From Antedon mediterranea (taxonomy: Eukaryota > Animalia > Echinodermata), in NCBI RefSeq assembly GCF_964355755.1, contig NC_092675.1:30104912-30168911 (forward strand): 64,000 bases of DNA. Reading direction: 5' to 3'. A program made the position numbers and the translations under genes. Shown here piece after piece: positions 51,501 through 64,000 of this stretch. Below the pieces are notes generated by a model. The model made no database searches. It saw only the letters and a list, made by a program, of their open reading frames with translations, and was not told the origin of the DNA. The number at the start of each line of letters is the position of its first letter. The stretch's first letter is position 1.

Positions 51501-54500
51501 TGGTGGTTGAACTGGTGTTGCTGGTGGTGTGAGCGCTGTTGGGATTTTAGAAGCTTGAGCTAATAATAAACTTTGAACCTGGTAACAATAACACAAAATG
51601 AATATAAATTTAACAAACCGATTTATAAATTGTTACCTTTTAGAATTGTTAAACATTTGAAATGATAAATACATATTTGTGAATTGCATTCTATAGTTTG
51701 TGCTGTCAATTATAATTTACTTACTTGAGCTTGAAGATCTTTGATTAGTTGTTCTTGTCTTTTCAACTGTTGAAGAGTGTGTTCATCAGGCCCAGGTCTG
51801 TAAGCTGCCTGATTGTCCAACTGTTGAAGAGTGTGTTCATCAGGCCCAGGTCTGTAAGCTGCCTGATTGTCCAACTGTTGAAGAGTGTGTTCATCAGGCC
51901 CAGGTCTGTAAGCTGCCTGATTGTCCAACTGTTGAATAGTGTGTCCAGGTCTACAAGCTCCATCATTTCCCATGCTCTGAATCGAGGAATAATTCCTAGC
52001 GTCACTTATCTGATCTGATGAAGGATTAGAATGTTGAACCTCTCTATGATGTTCTGACACTTGAGTATAGCCAAGTAAATGGCTGTCATGATGCATTCCA
52101 GAACTTGGAGTAGAAAGGTCAGTAGAATTTACTGTATGCATACCTGTACTGTATCCTCTATCTGTCACATTGTTTTCATTAATATAAATTTGGGTGCTTA
52201 AAGGTCTGTCATCAGAGCCATACTGCATTGTATTTTTAGATACAGTTGATTCAGCAGGATTCGTATGAAACATGCTTTCTTGATTTGAACTAGGACATTG
52301 GATCGCTGTAGGTGCACTCATTCTCCGATGTTCTGTAGAAGATGTCTTGTGAGAATTCTGCTCAGACATTCTCCTTGGATCTGGTCTACTATGTACATGA
52401 TCATGCGATGTCATGAAAGGAGCACCGGTATACATGACAGGCAATTTATGGCACTGATGAACTGGATGTGACGATGTCCTTCCCAACATCATCCTACCTG
52501 ATTTCATATCCATTATTACAGGATGATGTGGAGTTTCAGTGATTGGAATTTCTCTTCCAGAAGGTATCCTATGAGCACCGGTATTTTGCATACTTCTCCC
52601 ATCCAAAAGAGGAGTTTCATCTGTGTTTGGTAACCCTTTTGGAACAGCTGGAACTGTAACTTGAGGACCACTATTGAGCATTATTACACCTCTTTTCACA
52701 TCAATGCTTTTTGAGGACTGTTCTGGTGGAGTACCAAGAGGAGTGTGCATGTTTATCATTCCTCTTCCACACACCGGAGGTTGAGAGGTTGCAGTATTCT
52801 GCATAGTTCTTCCAGAAATTGGACGAGGAATATGTGGTTGACAATGCTGCCCACTTTGGTAGGAATGATGTCCATGGAAGACGGGACTTTGTAACTTTTG
52901 TTGTTGTAGTGGTTGATGTTGCTGCGTGTAAGAATGGGAATGGTTTAAACTTCCTGCAGAGGTAAATTGATTTAGCAGTGTTGGAGCAATATTTAGTCTC
53001 GCTTGATGTTGCTGTATTGGAGGATTATTTGGCAGAGATTGATTTAGTTGCATATGAGGAACACTTGGCATAGACTGATGTAGCTGTACTGGAGGAACAC
53101 TTGGCATAGATTTATTTAGCCGTATTGAAGGATTATTTGGCATAGATTGATTTAGCTGTACTGGATGAACACTTGGCCTAACTTGATGCAGCTGTATTGG
53201 AGGATTATTTGGCATAGGTTGATGTAGCTGTATTGGAGGATTATTTGGCAAAGAATGATTTAGCTGCATATGAGGAACACTTGGCATAGACTGATGTAGC
53301 TGTATTGGAGGATTATTAGGCATAGGTTGATGCAGCTGTACTGGAGGATTATTTGGCATAGATTCATCAAAAAGTACAGATAAATCAGGAACTGAGGGCT
53401 TCATGCTTGCATTCTGTAATTACATAAAACAAAGATGTGGACAATAGTTTTCATCCTTGTTTTACTGCCATGAACATTTGATAAGGTATTTGGGGATAAG
53501 ATAAACTTACCTGATGAAGCAGAGGCTTGGGACTTGGCAGTGGTTTTGGTTCCTCAATTTCACCTGTTGATAATGATCTGGCGGAGGATGATCTGGATAA
53601 AGAAGTCTTTCTAAAAACACATTTATATATATATTTATTTCTATTAAAAATTAAACGAAAAAACCCAAGTAAATGATTTTGACAATATATATATATATTC
53701 CTTCACTTGCACTGATGAAGTGCTAGTGTTGCCCGAAAGCTCTGCTAACTTTTCTGGCTGTTTACTTTATCGTTTTGATTTAGCTTTTCGCTTTTTATTT
53801 TTGTATCTCCATTGAGATCCAGCCACTGATACCCACAGCATTGTCATTTTTTTCAGTAATTTGCCTTTGGATTTATATATTATATATATATATAAACTTT
53901 ATTTATTCACGAGACTGATGTACAGTACAACTTGTTCAATAAACATTATTTGTTTTTACAAACTTGTGATATTACAAAAATATGGTTTATAAAAGAAAAC
54001 TAAAGTAACACTTATTACATCAATTATGACGAAGCTTTAAAGCGGTTGAAATACCTTTGTGGTTTGTACTTGTGCATACATTCCAGGAATGTGGCCTGCT
54101 GTGGTCCATCTTTAGCAGCACTCAGTTCTAGAAGTACTGGTGACTTCTTTGAATTCTATAACAAATTAAATTGCTACTTTTTATTGGAAGATTGCCAAAA
54201 GTTGCATTCGACTATTAGCAGTTGCATAGTACAACGGTAGACTAAGGGTCCCGGCAGCTAACACGAACCAATATCCCAACTCTTTCATTCCAAGAGGTAT
54301 TGGCCTTTTCAAGAGAAGATATGTTCGTTAGTCATATTATTTTGTCTTTATTTAATTCTGTTTTTATATTTATTGAGAGAGAAAGCTATGAACACTGTAA
54401 TTTCCAAATTTATGGATGAATAAAGCGATGTCTATGTCTAAAAGCATGAGAAATTATTATATGTACTTTAAAAAGAAATTGAAGCATGACAATTTAAATG

Positions 54501-57500
54501 GCAAGTTTATTTATTTAATCTTACCTTCATGCAGTGTAAATTTTCTTTACATTCATAAAGCAAAAATGAGACATCTTTTTCTAGAGGGCGACACTGATAG
54601 AAAAGTGGTTGTGATGAAGTTGGAGTGTAGAGAATGACAAGAAAGCATCCGGACTCGGAGAGTACTCTAAAAATAGATCAATAACAATGTTTAAACAAAA
54701 ATTACATTGAGTATGTGCTACATGCAAACACTATGAGGAAACATGAAATATGAAAAAAGAAATTCTGTTAATTCTATAACTTTTATGTTATTCATCTCAG
54801 CAAAACTGTCATTTTAATAGGATTTGGAAGTCGGGCAGTATTGATAAAAAACATATAGAAATAGAATAGAGCTCAATATCCTATGAACAGAAGAACTACA
54901 TTGCTAGGCTAAAGAACATTTACAAGATGTCTATGTCATACCTTTGTTGTATACTGTTATTGTGCATAAACCTAAGGCAGGCTGCCCAAGCATGTGGACT
55001 GTACACTGACAACAACCCACTCAGCCACCTAATATAATAATGTATAAATAGTGTATCAAGTCAGTAGAAAACACAGCAAAAACAAAACACACAAGTACAA
55101 TTTGTACAATTTCATTTTATAATATCAAAGATATTGTTTTGATGCATTACATCACAGCTATTTTAGTTCTGAAAAGAGTTTTTGAGTCTCTCAATAACAT
55201 TGGTATGAGTATACACTCTCTCAATATTGGGCACCCTTGGGCTGGTCTAATATGTCTGGTCCTGGTGTCTGTTTTTTTTTAATGGATTTGGGACCTTTTG
55301 GACCTCAAGGAAAGTCTAATTTTGAGAGAACTCACAGGAGTGTTGACTGATAATTAAATAATAAATAAATAATATATACAACTTACAGGCCTATGATTGG
55401 TAGAGTAGCGATCTTGGGATCCGATTCAATCAACAATAACAGCTTCCTGGTTTGATCCATGGTCATGTAACTAACAACAAATAAATATAAATAAGTTTAG
55501 ATTATATTTCAGTTGTGCTGATAATATACATTAATAGTAAAAATCAAAAAACTGGAATTCTACATATTGAAAAAAAAAACCAGAAAGTTTAAAAGAACAG
55601 GATCAGAATTTGTGATTGATAGCTAAAAGTAAGCTTTAAACCATAGCCAGGCACACATGGACTGCCCCCAAAATGTTTGGCTTTCTTAATTACTGAATGC
55701 ATATAGAATAGAAAAGAAAGAATTTGGGAAAAAAAGAAAAATCTGATTCAAGTTTTTGGTAGTTCCTGTTTGTTACTTACCCCATTTTATGTGTTTTCTG
55801 TATTTCGCTCAAACTCAACGGGCCAGACAGATTACGAGCTAGTGCTGTTGGAAGGATTGGCACAGGTGCTACTGCAATCAGTTCAAAGGCATTTTTAACA
55901 GTTACACAGCTTAACGTTATTGCTATGGTGACATGATCGTGATGGTCATAACATGTACAGTGCGCCCTCAATGGGAGTAACATGTCAATTGCAAGTTTCT
56001 CCTTACTGCAAATTAAATGCTCAATCAACTGGAAGAAAAGGTGGTTTAATATAAAAAATAAATCATATGTAAGTAGTCTTTTATAGATGAAATATTTTAG
56101 CCAATGAATAGACAATTTTCGAAAACCAAATAACGATTTATATGTTTACTTTATGGTACTAGTATATTTTCACTATACTGTATTTTCCACATTATCAGTA
56201 AATTTATAAAATTGGTTAATTGAATAAATTTCAATCAAATCCCACCTTTAATTTGCACTTTCAACATTAATTAATTTTGTGCTTTTTACATTTTCTGTTG
56301 ATTGTTCAGTGCTTAGCTATATAAATTACACATTATCATTATTATTTAAAAATCTGCATTACCTTTGCACTGTGAGTTATGTCCTGTTGTGAGTGAGTAG
56401 GAAAATAGTCTGAGCTATTTTGGGCGATTGTAAGAGGTACAGCAAAGTCACCTGGAAGTAGTGTTGTAGGGACAAAGTCATTTCTACCAGGTAACTTGCT
56501 ACCAGGATCAAACCTATCAATTATCAATGTTATGCCTTCATCATCTGTCGACGAAAATAGAATTAGTGGGAATGCATGTTGACTGGAAGCATTTGACAAG
56601 ATATTGAGATATGAATGAAATCATTTATAATGATGACGATGGTGTGTTGGGATGTTCCCACAGGGCAGGATTCATGGAATGTACTATGTACTACACAGGG
56701 GTGTTTCATAAATTTGTTATATATTTTGTTCTGTAGCTCTCTTCTCGGATAGAATGGGTCAATGTCGGTTTATCCAGGTAAGCTAGGCATGAAGTAGACC
56801 ACTCACACTCATTACAATTACTCCCAAGGAAGATCAAAGTAAATTGACCAAAATGTTGAGAAACTAACAGTTCTTTTCAGAACTAAATATATGTGGTGTA
56901 CTGCAAATTTCATATCAACATATCAAGTACACTACTTTGTACACTACAATGAAAAAAGAGAAGGGAAATCAACAATTAGTTCTTTGTTTTTTAAAATTTT
57001 GTACATAGTTTAGTTTAAGTTTCATTGTAAATACGCCTATTAAAAAACTTTTATTTTACTTACTCTGGACGCAGCTTCATTTAAGAAGTGTGCCACTGTT
57101 TCAAAAGTGTAGCTTCCAAATAAATTGTTATATATAGTATTTGATTTGTTCAATTACATTACCTGAATTGTGTAAACAATGACCGATGAGAAAACAACGA
57201 TACAACTTATTCTTGTTTTGAAGTGCATGTCGGTTAGCCAGCAACACAGCCCTTTCTGTCAGTTGTATTTGTGGATTTCTGAAATCAAAATAATCAGTTT
57301 TTTTCATCTTTTCATGACAATTGTACATCATTTGTTAAAATGAAACACTTGGTCTAGCAAACTTTCGTTTGTGCAAACTCTTGAGTTTTTCACTGTGTTT
57401 GCAAACAAAAGTATGCAAAACTAGGCAAATAGTAAGACATAAATAGTTAGCTACATGCTACTTACCTATGTTGTGCAAAATGTAATGGAATGGTTGAGCT

Positions 57501-58332
57501 TTGTGGTGTAGGATTCCTAGGAAAGAAAATTTATAACAACAGTCTATTTTTGTTAAAATTGGACTCAAAAAATTTTGGTAGTTTGGTGAATATTGTTCAT
57601 CCTTCATCGGTATTTATTAAATAACAAGGCCAACAGCCATTAAGTCGCGTGCTACAATGCATAGTGATACCGGACCGACAGACAAACAGACCGACAGACA
57701 GACAGACAGACCGACAGACAGACGGACCGACCGACATAGTGAACTATACTGACCGAAATTACTGAACATGTTTAAAAATGTTGAAATGTTTAAAAACATT
57801 TATATTTTTTTAATTTACACGTGCGTAGCCTGTCACTTTTGACGTGCTCGTATAACGTAATTTCGAGTTGAAAAGTCAAGAAAACAGAAATCGGGCAAAA
57901 AGAGTGCGCAATAACATTTAACGCGCAGTGCGCGCGCAAAAATCTGCGCACTCATGGCAATTTTGTAAACGCTTAAAATTGCCTGAAACGTACTCTTATT
58001 TCATCGAAAATAAATTTTGAAAATTTTAAGCGCGCGTACGCATGCGTTACATGCGCTACGCACGTAATTGTATTGCCATATGATGATTTATGCCCTGAAA
58101 TTTATGAGTACCAAATTTTATTTAATTGTGATTCATGGTTGTTAAGATATGATTACAAACGTGATTTCGTTAAATCGTGCGTAGACCGCGTAATTTTTTA
58201 TTGCGCACCGTGAAAACATAACCACATCGATTCCTGGCCATAAGGAATATTCTGTGAAAAATTGACTTAGCTAGATTAAACTGATATCAAGATAAGGTCA
58301 TAAAGCGATAAAACGCATAGTGATACCGGACC

Positions 58333-58363
<31 letters not shown>

Positions 58364-58566
58364 CGACCGACATAGTGAACTATAGAGTCGCTTCCACGCG
58401 ACTAAAAAGAACATAAAAGATAGAAAACATACTAAAAAAAATGTCTTCAATTTAAGGTAACTTACCACAGATATTTATTAGTAACTGGGAATGTGATATC
58501 CTTTTTAACAAGACCAGTTTTCAACTTGATAACAGGATTATTATTGGCAGACTTTTTTGGAAACAT
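48551..58566 (-). CDS. STIL: SCL-interrupting locus protein (STIL/Ana2/SAS-5, centriole duplication), ~1497 aa, 15 coding exons
   Basis: Exons 58566-58466, 57516-57466, 57278-57163, 56544-56363, 56028-55781, 55470-55387, 55028-54942, 54666-54525, 54155-54055, 53610-53511, 53413-51725, 51578-51055, 50677-50518, 50137-49953, 49274-48551 (4494 nt, in frame). STIL motifs: [36 protein letters not shown], coiled coil [43 protein letters not shown] / [15 protein letters not shown]-terminal [13 protein letters not shown]. An acceptor at 58573-58575 implies an upstream UTR exon. Confidence 0.93.
49324..49647 (-). mobile_element. Full-length tRNA-derived SINE with Deu-domain-like core
   Basis: Head TGGCCGAGCGGTTAAG. 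Core GGATAAGGACTATAAACTGTAGGTCC...TTAAAGAACC...TTCGAGACGAGTAGGGG...CCCGGTGT resembles the DeuSINE domain. (TCAA)n tail. Confidence 0.7.
50789..50926. mobile_element. Harbinger-like MITE, same family
   Basis: CTCTGTCCACCATCAAAC...AGTTTGATAGTGTAGACAGAGCT. Confidence 0.75.
53709..53745 (+). ncRNA. Minimal type-I hammerhead ribozyme motif in a Penelope-LTR-like fragment (about 53700-53880)
   Basis: GCA-CTGATGA-AGTGCTAGTGTTGCCC-GAAA-GCTC-TGC: stem I GCA/TGC, both catalytic boxes, palindromic AGCT stem III and UC cleavage site. Stem II is degenerate. Confidence 0.6.
57623..58408 (-). mobile_element. Helentron-associated interspersed element (HINE/DINE-1-like)
   Basis: The minus strand starts TTTTTAGTCGCGTGGAAGCGACT (subTIR plus stem-loop), has two (GTCY)n microsatellites, a 3' subTIR CACGCGACT and a short GGC..GCC hairpin before TTGTT. 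Confidence 0.8.
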
Positions 58567-58697
58567 CTTTAACTAAAAAAAAAGTTTTGAATAGTCAAGA
58601 TAGGCCCAGCCTCCGAGTCCTAGGCTAGATCAATTTATTTTATAACAAGTGATGGCTTATCTTCCTATTATATAGCTAGGCCTTAGGCTAATTAGGT

Positions 58698-61600
58698 AGT
58701 TTTTTTTAGGGTTATTCCATTATTAAAGTGGGGGTGTGTGGTTATGAATATTGTGTGCAGGTATGTCAATAGAAATGACATTGAGAGCCCTCTTCTGTCA
58801 GTTGACTGGTTCCCGGTCTACCGCCTTGTATTGTAATTGACTTAATCATGATCGAATTCCAACAACTTAAGAATATACAAAATGTTTACATAATTATATA
58901 ACAATGTAGATCTATCTAATAATGTTTTTATTTTTTTGCAGATAAAGGAGGATCATCAATAAAATAAAATGATAAAAATTCCAGGCATTTAATATACGGT
59001 TTACTGATAAAATATAATGTACCAATGAAATAAACCTGGTGTTCTGAAACATATTTTAATAACTTTTGCCGGCCTAGCGCCTTTGTGTATCTAAATCTAT
59101 ATAAATAATTAAGTTAGTACAGTATTAACAAATAAAGGGTTAGGGTTATGTATAATAAAATGATAGAAATGAGGCATTATCTAATAATGTTTTTATTGAT
59201 TTTTTTTTCTGATTTTTATAGTTTTAAAATTCAAGTACCGTTTTTATAGCGTTATGTATCCTGTAAATGCTAACCTAAAAAGGTTATCTGAATGTTTCTT
59301 TTTACGTTATAGAAATGTAATAAAATAACGGTTATAGTGAACCTAAACATTAACCAAACACTAACGTTAGAAAACCACTATGTGTTTGCTGGACTGCCAC
59401 AATGGAACAATAGACCTAGGTATGTTAAACAAAGAAATCACGTCAAAGCAGGGTGGAGACGGAATTTTAAGACAAAGGCGTTCTATACAAATGCAAATCA
59501 TTCATGTATACTTTTTACAAATTTTGTTTAGTTTCTTTATTAAAAGATTTTGATATGCTGTTATATATAAATATTCTAATACATAGAATAGCAAAATTAT
59601 CATAATACATAGGATAGCAAAAAATAAACCAAACATAACAACAACAAAATTAAATTGACAATGTATTTTTATTTAGAAATTCATTTCAATAATATAAATA
59701 TTTTTTATTAAATTACATCATTATTTACTTACAATTAATTAATTACTTAACTTACATTACAGTAACTGAATAAATGGTACATAAAATTACTAAATAATTG
59801 CACATAAAATGCAGGTTATAATAAAGACATAAGTATACATATAATGGTACAGGTTATAAATATTTAAATTACGTTTTTTAAATGTAATTATAATAATTAA
59901 TGATGAGAACACTTACGGTTACGAGTAGACATGTACATTGGTACATTACAGTACGAGCAATCCTTGGCAGTTGGATAAAAACCCCTTCGTTGGAAAAAGT
60001 CCAGGTAGTCATCAAATCCATTAAACAAATGTGGTCCTATCTTCGGCAGCATGGTCCTTGGTTTAAATCGCAGTAAAATCAAATCGAGAACGCAGTAAAA
60101 TATCGGAGTTGTAGACCTATAATATAGTTGAAAGTTTTTCGAAAACTGAGTGATTTGAAGACAACTGATCTTGGTTTATATACATGTGCCATATTTTAGT
60201 TTGTATACATAGCTCCATGTCGGCATGAGTGATATTGTTATATGCTTTATTATGTAATATTGTAAGCTTCAATGAGACACCTTTGTGCAGCAATAAAAAA
60301 AAGTAAAACTATGCTACAGCGGTTTTTGTTTCTTAACCTGATTACATATATTTTATTAATATTTATTCTTCCCAACCATTTTTTTTTAAACTCAAAATTT
60401 GAAACACTACCGTTTAGCTTTTTCATTCAAATTGAAGATTGAATTTAATGAAATTTTATGTACTGTACTGTTTAACAAATCAACATAACGGTACAATAGG
60501 TTATGATTATTTCAAACCAAAATAGCTAGGTTTTTAAGGACTGATTTATCTTTAAAAAACGCCTAGAAATAAAAGAGAGAGAGAGAGAGAATAGCAATTA
60601 CGTGTTGGAATAATACAGTAGTAACGGTACAATATATAATCATTTTGGTAAAGAAAATCAAATACTAGGTTTTTTAAGGTCTGATTAAACCAAAGTGTGA
60701 CGTCGTCTGGAAGCAGGAATTTAATATTCATAATTAGGTGATCATTTAGAATAAAATGATCACCTATTGTTATTGTATCAAATCTTTATTGGTTATCCGC
60801 AACGAAGTTGCTGATAACCTCTTGTGATTGTACGAAATCATCATCAACATCAACTTTTTATTTCTCTTCTTTCTTTCTGTATGATTTTTGTGCAACGCTT
60901 TTCTCTGAAACTTGCAAACATAACATTTTGTGAACTATGTTAACATTTTGACATTTGTGTAACGTCGTCAAGCGAAGCTTATATTAGTTCATATAAAAAT
61001 TAAGCCTATTGGATGTTGTGACGTTACCGTATGGCCAGTTAAAAAGTATTTTTTTTCATCGCTTTCGTAAAAGTTATACAATTTTTAAATAGCGCGCACC
61101 GCCCTTCTACGTGCCAAATTTTCTTCCAATTGTTATATTTTATTACTCAATTCATTATCTTTCGATATTGTTATCTTCAAGTTTATTTTGACAACGTCAT
61201 CATACCAAAAAATTAGAACATGATGTGGGTCCCGTAATTTCACCTATGCTACACTGTATATAGATATACACAGTACAGTATATACTGTACATATTGTATA
61301 TGGCATATAATAGGCACAACTCAGCACTATAAGCATATAATAGGATGGCATACATCAACAATTTCCGATTGTATGTTAACGTAGGTGCATGTTTAAAAAA
61401 TATGAATGTCAATAAAATGATAAAAATGATCACCTATAATTCGTCAAAGTGACGAATTAAATTCTAGTTACAAGTTGTAGGCCTACTTGGATATCAAACT
61501 GTCTATTTGGTCGTCTTGAGCCTCAAGAGAATAGCAACTATGTATGAGCTGTAATAAACAGTAAGTACAGTATAGAAATCATATATCGACTAGCATTAAA

Positions 61601-62785
61601 ATTACAAGTGGGAGTCTGTAGTACAGTGAAAAATTTCATTTCAAAATTTTAGCAAAATTGCTAATCAAACTGATTTAGTCGAGAAACATAGTTTTGTATT
61701 GTATTTTTTGCTACACAATTTTCGAAATGTGTAGCAAGAGGTTGTTTTGTATAGCTTTTTGCTATGCCACACTGGCGAAATTATTCCTTGTAGTAGATAA
61801 AAGAGACGTTCAAAACAGATTAAAAAAGAAAATCATAGTACGGTTATTATTGTACAGTATATTAATTAAACAAGCTGAACATTTTATATAGTGATTTAAT
61901 ACGCAAATAATGTTTCCACATTTTTTTTACTGCAGAGTTTACGTGAATTTCTGTCAGCATTGATCATGTTGTATTCCACCACCAGATATGCATTTGTATA
62001 GAACGCCTTTGTCTTAAAATTCCGTCTCCACCCTGCTTTGACGTGATTTCTTTGTTTAACATACCTAGGTCTATTGTTCCATTGTGGCAGTCCAGCAAAC
62101 ACATAGTGGTTTTCTAACGTTAGTGTTTGGTTAATGTTTAGGTTCACTATAACCGTTATTTTATTACATTTCTATAACGTAAAAAGAAACATTCAGATAA
62201 CGTTTTTAGGTTAGCATTTACAGGATACATAACGCTATAAAAACGGTATTTGAATTTTAAAACTAAAAAAATCAGAAAAAAAAATCAATAAAAACATTAT
62301 TAGATAATGCCTCATTTCTATCATTTTATTATACATAACCCTAACCCTTTATTTGTTAATACTGTACTAACTTAATTATTTAGATAGATTTAGATACACA
62401 TAGGCGCTAGGCCGGCAAAAGTTATTAAAATAATTATGTTTCAGAACACCAGGTTTATTTCATTGGTACATTATATTTTATCAGTAAACCGTATATTAAA
62501 TGCCTGGAATTTTTATCATTTTATTTTATTGATGATCCTCCTTTATCTGCAAAAAAATAAAAACATTATTAGATAGATCTACATTGTTATATAATTATGT
62601 AAACATTTTGTATATTCTTAAGTTGTTGGAATTCGATCATGATTAAGTCAATTACAAGGCGGTAGACCGGGAACCAGTCAACTGACAGAAGAGGGCTCTC
62701 AATGTCATTTCTATTGACGTACCTGCACACAATATTCATAACCACACACCCCCACTTTAATAATGGAATAACCCTAAAAAAAACT
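58698..62785. mobile_element. 4.1-kb foldback-type element with ~800-bp inverted arms
   Basis: 58698-59495 and 61989-62785 are near-identical reverse complements, with few substitutions and 4-5-bp indels. No TSD or intact transposase seen. Confidence 0.85.
60733..61469 (+). mobile_element. HINE nested in the foldback element
   Basis: 5' TAGGTGATCATTT (60735) with adjacent inverted copy (60754-60766). 3' subTIR AAATGATCACCTA (61424-61436), then hairpin AATTCGTCA-AAG-TGACGAATT and CTAGTT. A second HINE-like start lies at about 60788. Confidence 0.75.
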
Positions 62786-63160
62786 CCGGATCCAAAACGG
62801 CAGTTGATCCAGGCTATTATTACAGCTCACCACTAGGCCTACTGACAAATTATATTAGGCCTGGGCCATGTACCCTCTCAATTAGACACGAGTAAGCCAG
62901 CTAGGCCTAGCCTAGGTAGGGCGCCTCTCTAGATCTCTACTGCTCTAGCCTCTGGCGGCCCAGAGTCTGGCCTAGTAGCCCTAGCTAGCTAATAATAGTA
63001 GGCCTATTTTTATTAGGCTGGGCCTAGCCTACCTAGGCACACAGAGCTTTTCTTCTAGTAGGCCTAGTATAGTAGTAGGTTATTTATTGGTACTACTTAC
63101 AATCAATAATCTGTCTTAGGCCTATATTTTTTGGATCGAAAATCATTTTAAACATCAAAC

Positions 63161-63345
63161 CTCCCGCTCATTTTTTTCTGAACCGACTGTTTTGTTTTTG
63201 GACGCACAAAAACATCCGCCCTCTGTCGTCCAATCACAAAACACACGACACACCGTACACACACAAATGCACGTACCACCTACGTCTCTCCTCCGATGCA
63301 CCACGATATAGTTTGTGAAAAGAACTGTTGATTTGGCGCCAGTGG
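63161..63345 (-). promoter_or_regulatory. Putative STIL non-coding first exon and promoter
   Basis: Possible donor GAG|GTTTGA at 63161/63160, CCAAT at 63230-63234, E2F-type TTTGGCGC at 63332-63339, and locally CpG-richer sequence. Confidence 0.4.
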
Positions 63346-64000
63346 ACCACGGCAATATAACAGAAATAAAGTCACTAAATGTTTATTTACCTCCGCCAAG
63401 GATTACTCAAAAAGTAATTACTTTATCAAAATGAATATACAATTCCATTAAAATTTGGGACCATTTGGGACCATGGTCCCAATTCTGGACCACTTTTTGA
63501 GTATACTTTTCAGACCTGCTAGTGTTAAAAGATAGGACAGAATTTTTCCAAAAGCCGGCGAGCAGTAAACTGAAAATGCATTTTCTTGAGAACTACTTGT
63601 CAAAAAAACTTCATTTTTGTACAAGAGGCAAGAGTTATAATTTGTGATTTGTAATTTTAAAACATAATTCGATTTGATGTGCACGTTTTTTGATGCGAGT
63701 AGTTTAAAAAACCTATTTCTTTTCAAATTCACTCGTTTGATTTTCGCGTTGCTGTTCTATTGTTAGTCAACTGAAGCTATTGTTAATTGAAAGGCTTGTT
63801 ACATAACCATTACACCAATCTCGCATACACATGCTTAGTGAAATCATGGATTAAAGAATATTCTTTAATCCATGTAATGGTGAAATTAGAGGAAATCACA
63901 AACAGCATTAGACACACATTATGCGATAATACGGCTGTATATTGCGTTGTATCATCTTATAGAGCCATAGTAACCAGTTTTATCGAAAAATAAAAGGCTT

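Noticed and set aside
59337-62147. Twin ORFs MNLNINQTLTLENH... on opposite strands
   Set aside because: They are the two inverted arms of one element, start at GTG and show no known domain.

Overview
AT-rich animal genomic DNA with spliced genes; the DeuSINE and sea-urchin-type glucanase suggest a marine invertebrate deuterostome such as an echinoderm (inference). Exons were assembled by hand from GT-AG sites, and reading frames close consistently for the four complete genes. From left to right: (1) the 5' end of a TESK-family kinase gene (minus strand, running off the left edge); (2) a 19-coding-exon, ~1256-aa ROCO gene (13398-29163, +) with the architecture Neuralized(NHR)-Roc GTPase-COR-Death-TIR-CaaX; (3) a head-to-head pair of secreted GH16 beta-1,3-glucanase/glucan-binding paralogs with identical intron positions, one with CBM39 plus a Pro/Thr linker (32939-39003, -) and one GH16 only (44482-47651, +); (4) the centriole gene STIL (48551-58566, -), whose probable first intron holds a 4.1-kb element with ~800-bp near-perfect inverted arms. 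Introns and intergenic DNA carry Harbinger-, Kolobok-, Tc1/pogo- and hAT-type MITEs, Helentron-associated HINEs, tRNA-derived SINEs, a Penelope RT relic, a Penelope-type minimal hammerhead ribozyme, and minisatellites. The strongest candidate for an undescribed system is the prenylatable ROCO-Death-TIR protein, which keeps the TIR catalytic Glu and lies next to the beta-glucan genes.
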